A stretch of DNA of 64,000 nucleotides from the human T2T-CHM13v2.0 reference genome, Homo sapiens: NCBI RefSeq assembly GCF_009914755.1, contig NC_060926.1. One strand, 5' to 3'. A program made the translations under genes and the position numbers. The first letter of the stretch is position 1. The number at the start of each line of letters is the position of its first letter. The notes beneath the pieces are model-generated. The model did not search any database, had not been told where the DNA came from, and saw only the letters and a program-made list of their open reading frames with translations. This document shows, piece after piece, positions 30,760 to 43,234 of the stretch.

Positions 30760-32419
30760 AAAACAGTAAATCAAGAACAGTATCACATCCTGGATGGATT
30801 GTGGAGATTGGTGCCACCATCAAGGACTTGAAAGATGCAATGGAGGTGATTCTCAACACATCCCCTTTCAATTGTCCTATTTGGCCTGTGCAGAAGAGAG
30901 ATGGATCTTGGAGAATGACAGTGGATTATCTTTCCTAAGCTTAACCAAGTGGTGACTCCAATTGCAGGTGCTGTACAAGATGTGGTTTCATCACTTGAAC
31001 AAATTAACACATCTCCTGGTAGCTGGTATGCAGCCATTGATTTGGCAAATGCCTTTTTCTTCATTCCTGTCCATAAAGCCCACCAGAAGCAATTTGCATT
31101 CAGCTGGCATGGCCAGCAATATACCTTCACTGTCCCACCTCAGGGGTATATCAACTCTCTGGCTTTATGTCATAATCCTGTTTGCAGAGATCTTGATCAC
31201 TTTTCCGTTCCACAGATGTCACACTGGTTTATTACACTGATGACATTATGCTGATTGGACCCAGTGAGCAAGAAGTAGCAAACACACTGGACTTACTGGT
31301 AAGATGTTTGTGTACCATGGTATGGAAAATAAATCTGACTAAAATTCAGGGAACTTTTACTTCAGTGAAATTTCTAGGGGTTCAGTGGTGTCAGGACTGT
31401 CGAGATATTCCTTCTAAGGTGAAGGATAAGTCGCTGCATTTGGACTCTCCTACAACCAAGAAAGAGGCACAATGCCTAGTGGGCCTCTTTGGATTCTGGA
31501 GGCAACACATTCCTCATTTGAGTGTGTTATTCCAGTCCATTTATTGAGTGACCTCAAAGGCGGCCAAATTTGAGTGGGGTCCAGAACAGGAGAAGGCTCT
31601 GCAAAAGGTCCAGGCTCCTGTGCAAGCTGCTCTGCCACTTGGGCCATAGGACCCAGCAGATCCAATGATACTTGAAGTGTCAGTGGCAGATAAGGATGTT
31701 GTTTGGAGCCTTTTTCAGGCCCAAATAGTTGAATCACAGCAGTGGCCTCTAGGATTTTGGAGCAAGGCCCTGCCATCTTCTTCAGATAAGTACTCTCCTT
31801 TTGAGAGACAGCTCTTGGCTTGTTAGTAAGCTTTGGTAGAAACAGAATGTTTGACGATGGGTCATCAAGTCACCATGCAACCTGACCTGCCTATCATGAA
31901 CTGAGTGCTTTCTGACCTATCTAGCCATAAAGTGGGGTATGGACAGCGGCATTTCATCATCAAATGGAAGTTGTATATAAGTAACTGGGCTCAAGCAGGT
32001 CCAAAGGCACAAAGAAGTTACATGAGGAAGTGGCTCAAATGCCCATGGTCTCCACTCCTGCCACCATGCCTTCTCTCCCCCAGCCTGCACTGACAGCCTC
32101 ATGGGGAGTTCCCCATGATCAGTTAACAGAGGAAGAGAAGACTAGGGCCTGGTTTACAGATTGTTCTGCATGATATGCAGGCATCAGCCAAAAGTGGACA
32201 GCTGCCCCACTACAACCCCTTTCCAGAATATCTCTGAAGGATGGTGGTGAAAAGAAATCTTCCCAGTGGGCAGAACTTTGAGCAGTGCGCCTTGTTGTGC
32301 ACTTTGGATGGAAGAAGAAATGGCCAAGTGTATGATTATGTACTGATTCATGGGCTGTAGCCAATGGTTTGACTGGATGGTCAAGGACTTGGAAGAAGCA
32401 TGATTGGAAAATCGGTGAC
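30760..32419 (+). pseudogene. pol: HERV-L reverse transcriptase and RNase H, disrupted
   Basis: [18 protein letters not shown], catalytic motif read as YTDD (31233-31244), VKFLG, FGFWRQHIPH; RNase H WFTD..WAEL..YTDS. Confidence 0.9.
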
Positions 32420-32811
32420 TGTATTAGTCAGTTCCCACACTGTTAATAAAGACATACCTGAGATGGATAATTTATAAAGGAAAGAGGTTTAATTGACACA
32501 CAGTTCAGCATGGTTGGGGAGGCCTCAGAAATTTGACGAAATCAATCAATTATGGTGAAAGGGGAAGTAAACACATCCTTCTTCACATGACAAAAGCAAG
32601 GAGAAGAATGAGAGGTGAGTAAAGAAGGAAGCCCCTTCTAAAACCATCAGATCTCGTGAGAATGTACTCACTATCACAAGAATAGGAATAGCATTGGGAA
32701 ACTGCCCCATTATTCAATTACCTCCCACGGGGTCCCTCCCATAGCACATGGGGATTACGGGAGCTACAATTCAAGATGAGATTTGGTTGGGGATACAGCT
32801 AAACTATATCA
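32420..32811 (-). mobile_element. THE1C/D-like solo LTR inserted in HERV-L RNase H
   Basis: TGTATTAGTCAG..CTAAACTATATCA; TSD GTGAC/GTGGC. Confidence 0.9.
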
Positions 32812-32878
32812 GTGGCAAAGAAATTGGAGAAGAGGTATGTGGATGGACATCTCTGAGTGGTCAAAAATTGAATATATT

Positions 32879-35061
32879 TGATATGGTTTGGTTGTGTTCC
32901 CACCCAAATCTCGAATTGTAGCTCCCATAATTCCCACGTGTCATGGGAGAAACCCAGTGAGAGGTAATTGACTCATGGGGGCAGGCCTTTACTCTGAGAT
33001 TCTTATGATAGTGAATAAGTTTCATGAGATCCAATGGTTTTATAAAAGGGGGTTCACCTGCAAATGTTATCTTGCCTGCCACCATGTAAGATGTGATGTT
33101 GCTCCTCATTTGTCTTCCACCATGATTTGAGGCCTCCCAAAACACATGGAACTGTGAGTCAATTAAACCTCTTCTCTTTATACATTACCCAGTCTCAGGT
33201 GTCTTTATTAGCAGCTGGAGAACAGATTAATACAGTAAATTGGTAAGAGGAGTGGGGTGCTGTTGTAAAGATTCCCCAAAATGTGAAAGTGACTTTACAA
33301 CTGGGTAACAGGCAGAGATTGAAACAGTTTGGAGGGCTCAGAAGAAGACAGAAAGACATGGAAAAGTTTGGAATTTCCTAGAGACTCATTGAATGGCTTT
33401 GACCAAAATGCTGTCAGTGATATGAATAATGAAATCCAGGCTGAGGTACTCTCAGATGAAGGTGAAGAACTTGTTGGGAACTGGAATAAAGGTCACTTTT
33501 GCTATGCAAAGAGACTGCTGGCATTTTGATTCCACCCTAGAGGTTTGTGGAAATTTGTGAGAGAGATGATTTAGGTAATCTGGAAGAAGACATTTCTAAG
33601 TGGCAAAGCATTCATGAGGAAGCAGAGTATAAAAGTTTGGAAAATGTGCAGCCTGACAATGTGATAGATAACAAAAACTCATTTTCAAGCAGGCTGCAGA
33701 AATTTCCATAAGTAATGAGGAGCTGAATGTTAATCACCAAGGCAATGGGGAAAATGTCTCCAGGGCATATCAGAAACTTTCATAAAAGCCCCTCCTATCA
33801 TAGGCCTGGAGGCCCTGGGGAGAAAAATGTTTTGTCGGCCAGGCCCAGGGACCACCCTGCTCTATGCAGCCTTGGGACATGGCGCCTCATATCCCAGCTG
33901 CTTCAGCTTCAGCCATGGCTAAAAGGGGCCAACATACACCTTAGGCTGTTACTACAGAGGGTGTAAGCCCCAGGTCTTGGTGACCTACATGTGATGTCAG
34001 CCCTGTGGGTGCACAGAAGTCAAGAATTGGGGTTTGGAAACCTCCACCTAGATTTTAAAGGATATATGGCAACACCTGGATGTCCAGGCAAAGGTGTGCT
34101 ACAGGGAAGAACCCTCAGGGAGAACCTCTGCTAGGGCAGTGCAGAAGGGAAATGTGGACTGCAAGTCCCCACACAGAGTCCCCACTGGAACACTGCCTAG
34201 TGGAGTGGTGAGAAGAGGGCCACCATCCCCCAGACCCCAGAATGGTCAATCTATCTACAGCTTGCACAATGCACCCCCAAAAAGTCACAGATATTCAACA
34301 CCAGCCCATGAAAGCAGCCAGGAGTTGGGCTGTACCTTGCAAAAGCCACAGGGATGGAGCTTCCCAAGACCATGGGAACCCACCTCTGGCATCAGCATGA
34401 CCTGGAGGTGAGACATGGAGTCAAAGGAGATCATTTTGGAACTTTGAGATTAATTGCCCCGCTAGATTTTGTACTTGCATGGGTCTGTAGCCCTTTCGTT
34501 TTGGCCAATTTCCCCCATTTGGAATGGGTGTATTTACCCAATGTTTGTGCCCTTATTATATCTAGGAAGTAACCAACTTGCTTTTGATTTTACAGGCTCA
34601 TAGGTGGAAAGGGCTTGACTTGTCTCAGATGAGGTGCTGGACTACAGACTTTTGAGTTAATGCTGAAATGAGTTGAGGCATTGGGGGACTTTGGGAAGGC
34701 ATGATTGGTTTTGAAATGTGAGGACATGAGACTTGGGAGGGGCCAGATGAGGAATGATATGGTTTGGCTGTGTTCCCATCCAAATCTCATCTTGAATTTA
34801 ACTCCCATAATTCTCATGTGTTGTGGGAGAGACCCAGTGGGAGGTAATTGAATCATGGGGGCTAGTCTTTCCCCTGCTGTTCTCATGATAGTGAATAAGT
34901 ATCCTAAGGTGTGATGGTTTTATAAAGGGGAGTTCCCCTGCACACACTCTGTTGCCTGTGGCCATGTAAGATGTCACTTTGTTCCTCATTTGCCCTCAGC
35001 CATGATTATGAGGCCAGTCTTGGGTGTATGTTTATTAGCAGTGTGAGAACAGAATAATACA
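32879..35061 (+). mobile_element. Complete THE1B-like MaLR (LTR 32879-33234, internal 33235-34754, LTR 34755-35061)
   Basis: Two direct LTRs; THE1-int peptide EGSEEDRKTWKSLEFPRD; perfect TSD ATATT (32874-32878, 35062-35066). Confidence 0.95.
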
Positions 35062-35159
35062 ATATTTGTATGCTCACTAAAGGGTGACCTTAGTGGAGGA
35101 GGATTTTAGTAATCAAGTGGATAGGATGACTCATTCTGTGGACACCATTCAGCCTCTTT

Positions 35160-35890
35160 TTCCAGCCACTCCTGTCATTGCCCAGTGGGCCCATGAATGA
35201 AGTAGCCATAGTGGCAGGGATGGAGGTTTCCACATGGGCTCAGTGACATGGACTTTCATTCATCAAGTCTGACCTGGCTATGACCTCTGCTGAGTGCTCA
35301 ATTTGCAAGCAACAGAGACTAACACTCAGCCCTCAATACAGCATTATTCCTTGGAATAATCAGTCAGTGATTTGGTGGTAGATTGATTATATTGGACCTC
35401 TTCCATCATAGAAAGGAGAGCAGTTTGTCCTCACCAGAATAGACACTTACTGTGTATATTGGTTTGCCTATTCTCTATGCAATGCTTTTGCCAAGACTAC
35501 CATCCATGGGCTCATGGAATGCCTTATCCAGCAATCATGGTATTCCACACAACATTGCCTCTGATGAAGGCATTCACTTTATGACCAAAGATGTGTGGCA
35601 GTGGGCGCATGCTCAAGGATTCACTGGCCTTACCATGTTTCCATCACCCTGAAGCAGGTGGATTGATAGAACGGTGGAGTGACCTTTTGAAGTCACAATT
35701 AAAATGCCAACTAGGTGACAGTAGCTTGCAGAGCTGGGACAAAGTTTTCCAGAAGGCTGTGTATGCCCTGAATAAGCGTTCAATATATGGTACTGTTTCT
35801 CCCATAGCCAAGATTAATCAGTCCAGGAATCAAGAGGTAGAAGTAGAAGGGGCACCACTCACCATTACCCTTAGTGACCCCCTAGAAAAA
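35160..35890 (+). pseudogene. pol: HERV-L integrase, disrupted
   Basis: WAHE..H/C..C zinc-finger remnants, HGIPHNIASDEGIHF, HHPEAGGLIERW. Confidence 0.85.
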
Positions 35891-35899
35891 TTTTTGCTT

Positions 35900-36367
35900 C
35901 CTGTTCCTGTGACATTATGTTCTGCTGGCCTAAAGGTCTTAGTTTCAGAGGTAGGAATACTGCCACCAGGAGACACAACAATAATTTAATTAAACTGGAA
36001 ATTAAGATTGCTACCTGGCCACTGTGTGCTCTTCATACCTCTAAGTCAACAGGCTAAGAAAGGAGTTACAGTGTTGGATGGGGTGATTGACATGGACTAT
36101 CAAGATGAAATCAGGCTACTACTCCACATTGGAGGTAAGGAAGAGTGTGAGTGGAATATAGGAGATCTATTTGGGCATCTCTTAGTATTACCATGCCCTG
36201 TGATTAAGGTCAATGGGAAACTACAACAACCTAATCTTGGCAGAACTACAAATGTCCCAGACCCTTCAGGATCACCCCATCAGGTAAAAAAACCACATCC
36301 AGCTGAGGTGTTTGCTGAAGACAAAGGGAATGCAGAATGGGTAGTAGAAAAAGTTAGTCATCAATAA
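35900..36367 (+). pseudogene. dut: HERV-L dUTPase and downstream pol tail, disrupted
   Basis: ILPPGDTT..LPGHCVLFIPLSQQAKKGVTVLDGVIDMDYQDEIRLLL (motif III GVIDxDY); position after integrase is characteristic of ERV-L. Confidence 0.85.
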
Positions 36368-36736
36368 CAGCTACAACCACGTGACCAGTTGCAGCAACAA
36401 GGACTGTAATTGTCGTGAGCATTTCTTCCTTACTTTATTAAATATGTTTGTGCATGTATACACAACACATGTATACACTAGTACTAAGAAAATATCTTCA
36501 TTTTCTTTTCTTTTTTTTCCCTTTATTATGTGACAAGAGATTTATTGACTCTCTATCACCATTTAAGAGTTGTTATTGTTATGTAATAGTATTTAGGGTA
36601 AGGATTAGTACACTTCTGGTTGTACAAAGAGTAGATGTTTTTATGTTAGGCATAACTATAACTTTATTTTCCTTATTTGAAAATTATGTGTTATTTCAGG
36701 AGATATGTATGGGTTCAAATTGACAAGAGGTGGACT

Positions 36737-37279
36737 CAAGATGGCTAATATTGAGTGTCCACTTAATTGGATTGAAGGATGCAAAGTATTGTTTCTAAGT
36801 GTTTCTGTGAGGTTGTTGCAAAAGGAGATTAACATCTTAGTCACTGGGCTGGGAGAGGCAGAACTACCCTTAATCTGGGTGGGCACCATTCCTTCAACTG
36901 CCAAGGTGGCCAGAAAAAACAGAGAGAAGGAGGTGAAATTTGCAGAACTTGCTGAATCTTCTGGGCTTCATCTTTCTCCTGTGCTGGATGCTTCCTGCTT
37001 TCGAACATCAGACTCCAAGTTCTTTGGCTTTTGGACTCTTGGATTTACAGTAGTGGTTTCTAGGGGCTCTAGGGCCTTCGGCCACAGACTGAAGGCTGCA
37101 CTGTCTGCTTCTCTACTTTTGAGGTTTAGGGACTCCGACTGGCTTCCTTGCTCCTCAACTTTCAGACGGCCTATTGTGGGACTTTACTTGTGATCATGTG
37201 AGTCAATTCTCCTTAATAAACTCCTTTTCATACATACATAAATCCTATTAGTTCTGTCCCTCTAGAGAACCCTAATACA
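36737..37279 (+). promoter_or_regulatory. HERV-L 3' LTR with poly(A) signal AATAAA at 37215-37220
   Basis: Follows PPT TGACAAGAGGTGGACT; homologous to 27882-28556. Confidence 0.9.
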
Positions 37280-37476
37280 CCAGGTATTGGGAATAACTAG
37301 TTTTCTAATGGGAGTATACTGCCAGATGAGACAGACAAATTCCCAGGGACAGCAGGGCTAGTACTCGTGCCCACTTAAAACATATTTTGGCAGCGCCCCT
37401 GCAAATGGTAACTCTTCTTAATTACCTTCAACAAAGAGAGCTTATTTCGTCTATGGACCATTCTCTTTTGAAAAAT

Positions 37477-37790
37477 ATTTTTTTATTTCTTCATAATTTT
37501 TCTGTGTGCATAGGTGTATATATTTATGGGGTACATGGGATACTTTGATACAGGCTAATGATGGCTAATAATCACATCAGGCATTTATCATTTCTTTGTA
37601 TTACAAACATTCTAATTATACACTTTTAGTTACTTTCAAATGAACATTAAATTATCGTTGACTGTAATTACCATGTTGTGCTCTCAAATACTGGATCTTA
37701 TTCATTCTATATACATCTAAAATAAGATCTAGTATTTGATAGCATGACAGGGTGATTACAGATAATACCTGTAATCCTGTATCTACCTGA
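37477..37790 (-). mobile_element. L1MA 3' end fragment with fold-back at its truncation point
   Basis: GGTGTATATATTTATGGGGTACATG..CAAATACTGGATCTTATTCATTCTA is the complement of the L1MA 3' UTR seen at ~56310-56560. Confidence 0.8.
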
Positions 37791-37915
37791 AACCTATTTC
37801 CATATAACTTTACTACATAGAACCTGGAACCGGGAATACAGAGGATATACGATTTTACAACACTCCACTTATGATTCTCATAGGTACACAGGTTTCAGAA
37901 CCATTGATTATAGAA

Positions 37916-38103
37916 CAGAGGCTCTTAACTCTGGCTGCCCACTGAAATTACTTGAGGAATTTTTTTTTTTTTTTTACCTATGGCAACTGGTCACATGCCA
38001 AAAAAATTCTGATTTAATTGACTTGTGATATGATCAGGACATCTGCATTTTTTAAAACTCCCCAGACAATTTCAATGTTTAGCCAATGTGGTAAAAACAT
38101 TGT
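37916..38103. mobile_element. MER5B-like hAT-Charlie relic
   Basis: CAGAGGCTCTTAACTCTGGCTGC..ATTCTGATTTAATTG..TTTTAAAACTCCCCAG..AAACATTG. Confidence 0.6.
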
Positions 38104-38126
38104 TCTAAAAGAACAGATAAACATAG

Positions 38127-38444
<318 letters not shown>

Positions 38445-40724
38445 ATTTTTTTTTTTTTATTGAGGTTTCATTCATTCTTTTTCTACCATCATATTTGACC
38501 AAGTACCAGATCAAGTGTGCTGGGATTCAAGATAGAAAATTAGATGCTAATCAAGGATAATAATAAAATTATAATAACCAGCTATTTCAATTAACAATGC
38601 TGGTATGTAGGCATGATCCACACCTTAGGTATAAAAAGATACTACAACTTAGAGATTTAATGATTTCCTTAATCATGAGGTAAAGATCTAATTGTTGCCA
38701 GATAGAGCTTTCTCCAAAGTCTATGCTCCTTAGAATATACTGCTCAGATTTGGAAGAAGGGAGATAGAAGTTACCCTGAGGGTGGATTAAGACTTTGGTT
38801 TTGAGTGTAGGGGTTACCCAAGGCTCAAGGTCTCATATTTCAATTCTCCTCCTGCAAAACTTGGGGTAGGATTGCTTTTTTCCTGCCTCTCTAGCTGACC
38901 ATGACCATGTTACTTGCTTTAGTAAATGGAATAGACTTTAAGTGGCACAAAGTTCCCCTGGCCAGAATACAATTCGCCATATCTATTACCATCCAAAGCC
39001 CCCAGAGGTCTTCTAGATTGTTGGTTTTCCAGCCTACATCCATGACTGAAAATGCTGTGAATCAGAAACCCCAGCAAACCCACAGTGAGCATATAGCATG
39101 AGAGGGGAATTAAACTTAGTTGTTACTGTAATATAACTTAAATATCCTCACAATTTCAGAGATAGAACTCTTTTTAGGTCAGAAGAATATCCTTCCATTG
39201 ATGAGTGTCTTTTGTGTATAAACATTGTGACCATGAGTAATCCACCCAACTGATTTTGCCTTCGGCTTTACTTATCTACCTTCTTCACAATCGTGAGAGT
39301 TCTTATTGAACATATTTCTGAGATCCAGATTTATAATTTCTACAGCTTTCCCTTGCTCAATAATCCACTGATACTTTCAGAGAATGAGATAAATTTAAGT
39401 TGTTTACATGAACTTATATTAAGGTCTTTGATAAGTGATTGAGCTATATCAGAGGCTTCCAAACACCTCCAAACAGGTCTTGAAAACATCCCCCGATGGC
39501 AGTATTATAATCACCCCAGGAATTTAATGATCTACCTATTTCTAACCTTTTCCTCTAGTAAATTTGTTTAAATAGATAAAGAGTATACTTGGGGCTCGTT
39601 ATGTTTCCTAAGCTCTAATGAATGTTTAATGTGAACCAGATTTGGACTACTGACTTAGGTCAGTGGTTCTTAATTATGTTGGGATATCAAAATAAATTAT
39701 TTAGCTTTTCAAGCTACATAGGACTGGCATATCAGTGAAGGCTCTTATATACCAGGTGGTATAATAGAATGTTGAGGTGAAGTTTGGAAAGGGTATAAAG
39801 AAGGGCCATTTGTAAAAGTTTCTCAGGTAACCCTGAAATTATCCCTTGCTCATTATGGGCAAAGATGATGTGCACTCACAAACTATCAGTTAAATGGGGC
39901 AATTATATTGAAACAAGTCTTTAGCTATAAACAAGAAAATGCCTCATTGCTTGATTAAAAGAAAAATATTTATTTTACATCATTTTATAGCTTAAACAAT
40001 TTCAAGAGGGTCATGGAACCAAGCTTGAATACTACCTAACCGGGAACAGTGTAGTTGTCAGAAATGATCAAACGCCGTGTGGGGCTGTGCTAGTGAAAAC
40101 ACCTCCCATCACTGCCTCTGGGTATATATGATGCTAGGGGACATGTAAACATTCAACCATAGCTGATACAAAAAGTGAAAAGTCTCTGCTGCAGATCTAG
40201 TCTCCCTGCGGCTGGCACCAACCCGAGCAGCTTTCTACCTTCTAAGTCTCTATATGTACATAGCAAAATTCATAGAATTTAAATGCAGCAGATTCTAAGA
40301 AATGTGCCTGCTGCTCTGTAGTCATTATGGCACAGCAATGAAGGCTGAGATATGGCTGGAGAAAGCATTATTTGATCTAGTTTTCAGTATCAGTTCCATC
40401 AACCTAGGTCATGGAATCTTTCACTAGACTGAAATCAAACAGAGCACCTTTATCATGCCTTATCTACGTTAAAGGGCTTGTCATTTGCCTTCATTCAGGT
40501 TTTCAGTGTGGTTTCTCAATCTCCAAGGTGCCTTAAGATCTCAGTTTCTAAAGTCTAAAGTCTCATATTCCTTGGCTTATCAAATAATCTCTACAATTAA
40601 GGAGGCTTGCATTCATGTGGCAGAAAAAAATAAAAAAGGAAGCTATGGTCTTTGTTCTTTCATGCTAGGAACATTGGCACATACTTATTTTTGTTTTGTT
40701 TTGGTGTGTTTTGGTTTGGGATTT

Positions 40725-41128
40725 TTTTCCAGTTTTATAAATAATTTATTTGTTTAGGGAAGTTTTAGGTTCATAGAAACATTAAGAGGAAGATGCAGAG
40801 ATATCTCATACACTCCTTGCCTCACACATGTATAGCCCTTTCCACTATCAACATCCCTTGTTACAATGGAATATTGGTTACAATTGATGAGCCTACATTG
40901 ACAAACCATCATCACCTAAAGTCCATAGTTTACCTTAGGGTTCACTCTTGATATTGTACATTTTACGTGTTTGGACAAATACATAATGGCATGCATCCAC
41001 CATTATAACTTCATACAGAGTAGTTTCACTGATTTAAACCCTCTGTGTTCTCCCTATTCATCCCTGACTTCCTGCAACACCTTGGCAACAACTGATCTTT
41101 TTACAGCCTTCCATAGTTTTGCCTTTTT
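40725..41128 (-). mobile_element. L1MC-type 3' UTR fragment
   Basis: AGTTTTAGGTTCATAGAAA..AAAGTCCATAGTTTACCTTAGGGTTCACTCTTG. Confidence 0.75.
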
Positions 41129-43234
41129 GCTTGTCTTAAGTGTACACTTACTTACATATAAGTCAAATTATATGTACATATACTGCACAGGACTTAGAGC
41201 ATCAAGCAGAATCCTAGTGGTTTCTCAGAATTATTACCTCTGAAACTTCACTCTATTTTAATCTGAATTACATGATAGAATTCTTATAATAGAAGAATGG
41301 GTTCTGATGCTTAATAGTTTCATTGCATTAATAGACTCATGCGTCTTTTTGGGTCAAAATCAACCTACAGCTGAATGAGTCAATACCTTGGTCATCTCAA
41401 AGGTCAATTTCAGTAAGTCTTGGATAACCATAGTTGAGAGCAAAAATGGTCTTCCTACATAGAATTAAGTAAATAAATAGCTACATTAATGTAAGCAGAG
41501 CCACTGCTTTTTAGTTCTGGCCCAGTGGACATGGTGGCAGGATGACACAGATGAAGTGAGAGGGGTTTTCATGATGATGAACATTCCCTGAAACTATAAA
41601 GATCACAGTTGGTTCCAGGGGGTTCCTTTGGTCAATTTGTAATAACTGACGGCAGAGTCATATTCCTCGAAGGAATGAATGATCCACTGCCCATTTAACA
41701 AGGAGACTAATTTGGTTATGATGATGAGGTTGAGATATCTAGAAGGTGTCTCTCATTTGCATTCCAGGAACCTTACCTGTGAAGAACAACTCTCACTTTG
41801 CTATCATTTTCTAAATTATTTTATTTATTTTAGTGACTGATTTATTATGTAGAAATTCAAACAAATGTCACTTTGAGGTCAATTAATGTGTCCATGGCAG
41901 CCACTTCCTATAGTAAGCAATAATTTTGCATAAGAATTTACAAATAAAGAAAAGTAGAAAAGATAAATAAGTTAAGGCGATTACCTTTGTGGGTGATGCA
42001 CAGAAGGAAGTTGCTGTAAAATCTCCCTCTTTTGATTAAAACTTAAGTGTCTGGGAAAGCAAGATTGAAGAGCTTAAATGTAGAGGTCTAAATTTAGGAA
42101 CCTTTATTGGGAGGGCTGCTTTGTCCTCCTAAAGGCTCCTTTTGGATTCGAATGAATCTAAGGAAGTTAACATTCTCAGAATGAAGGGAGAATTACAAGG
42201 CATTAAATCTCCCTTCCTTTTCAGGGACATCATGTTATTCTTACTTGAATGGCACACTAAGCTGGATTGCAATTAGAGAGGCTTCACCAGCTGAGCCCTT
42301 TTGGAATGCATGTGCTGTGTGCACTTCCCTCCATCCTCATTCTGGTAACTTCTGGCTGCAATTTGATATTTAAACCATCAGCAGGATGACAAGCATGGAA
42401 GGTCTCATGCAACCTGACCTCTTAAATGACAGAAAATTACAAAAGATTATACTTATGGTAATTGGTGACACAGAAAAGGTCTGAAGATTACATCTAAAAA
42501 TCAAAAGGAGATAGAGACAAGGGCAGGAAGATATTGCCAGACAGAGAGACAGACAGATATTTGTAGCAACATCTTGTGGGGAGACAGGGGTGGGTCTGAG
42601 GCAGCTGACGCAGTGTGTATGAATGGAAGGTGATTGATTGATGCCAATTGTTTGCACGATTCTTACTCTTTTGACATTATTGATAACACACAATGTCCCT
42701 GACACTCAATGAACTATTCTTTTGCTTTCTTCAAGTTCATCTCATTGTCAGTATTTAATAACATATGAACTTGACATGCTGCAGAAGATGAGGTGATGTC
42801 ATAATTGCCTGAGTTGACAAAATGAAACATAAATGGCAAAAGTAGAATTTTAAATGTCAAGCTTTTATTTCTTCTTAATTTAAATTTTAATTGGAAACAC
42901 TTAGCTTTTATTTACTGCAAAAAAGTAATAATTTTTGCCAGAGATTAATGTATCCCTTTATTGCCAAGGATGATTCTCTTCCTGTAAAAAAAAACGCAGA
43001 AAATATTAAATATTGGCTCTGGGAGGATTCATTTATTTGTGAGATTCTATTTGCTCTGTTATTTAAAGTGCTTCTATATACCCATTCTACTCCTAGACAT
43101 TTAGATAAACTTCAAGTGTCCATGCTAATTGCATTTGTCAAATCTTCCTTAAAAAGCAAGTGTGAGACTATCTTCAAGGTTTCAAATTCCATACTAAGGA
43201 TGGATACATTTTTCTTTAAAAATTGAGGTATTCC

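Larger units (their letters stand above)
27882..37279 (+). mobile_element. HERV-L provirus with both LTRs (MLT2A2-like)
   Basis: 5' LTR 27882-28556, PBS, gag-pro-pol-dut, PPT, 3' LTR 36737-37279; perfect 5-bp TSD CCAGG (27877-27881, 37280-37284). Confidence 0.95.

Noticed and set aside
36705-37193. 162-aa ORF running through the HERV-L 3' LTR
   Set aside because: No recognisable domain, lies in LTR sequence, and no equivalent ORF is listed for the 5' LTR; probably chance
27882-37279. Domesticated or replication-competent ERV gene (e.g. Fv1-like gag)
   Set aside because: gag, pro, pol and dut all carry stops or frameshifts; the longest internal fragments are under 140 aa
41771-41990. Minus-strand splice-donor-like motifs (CAG/GTAAGG at 41771-41779, AAG/GTAATC near 41980) in unique DNA
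   Set aside because: No convincing acceptor or reading frame; such motifs are frequent by chance; needs RNA data
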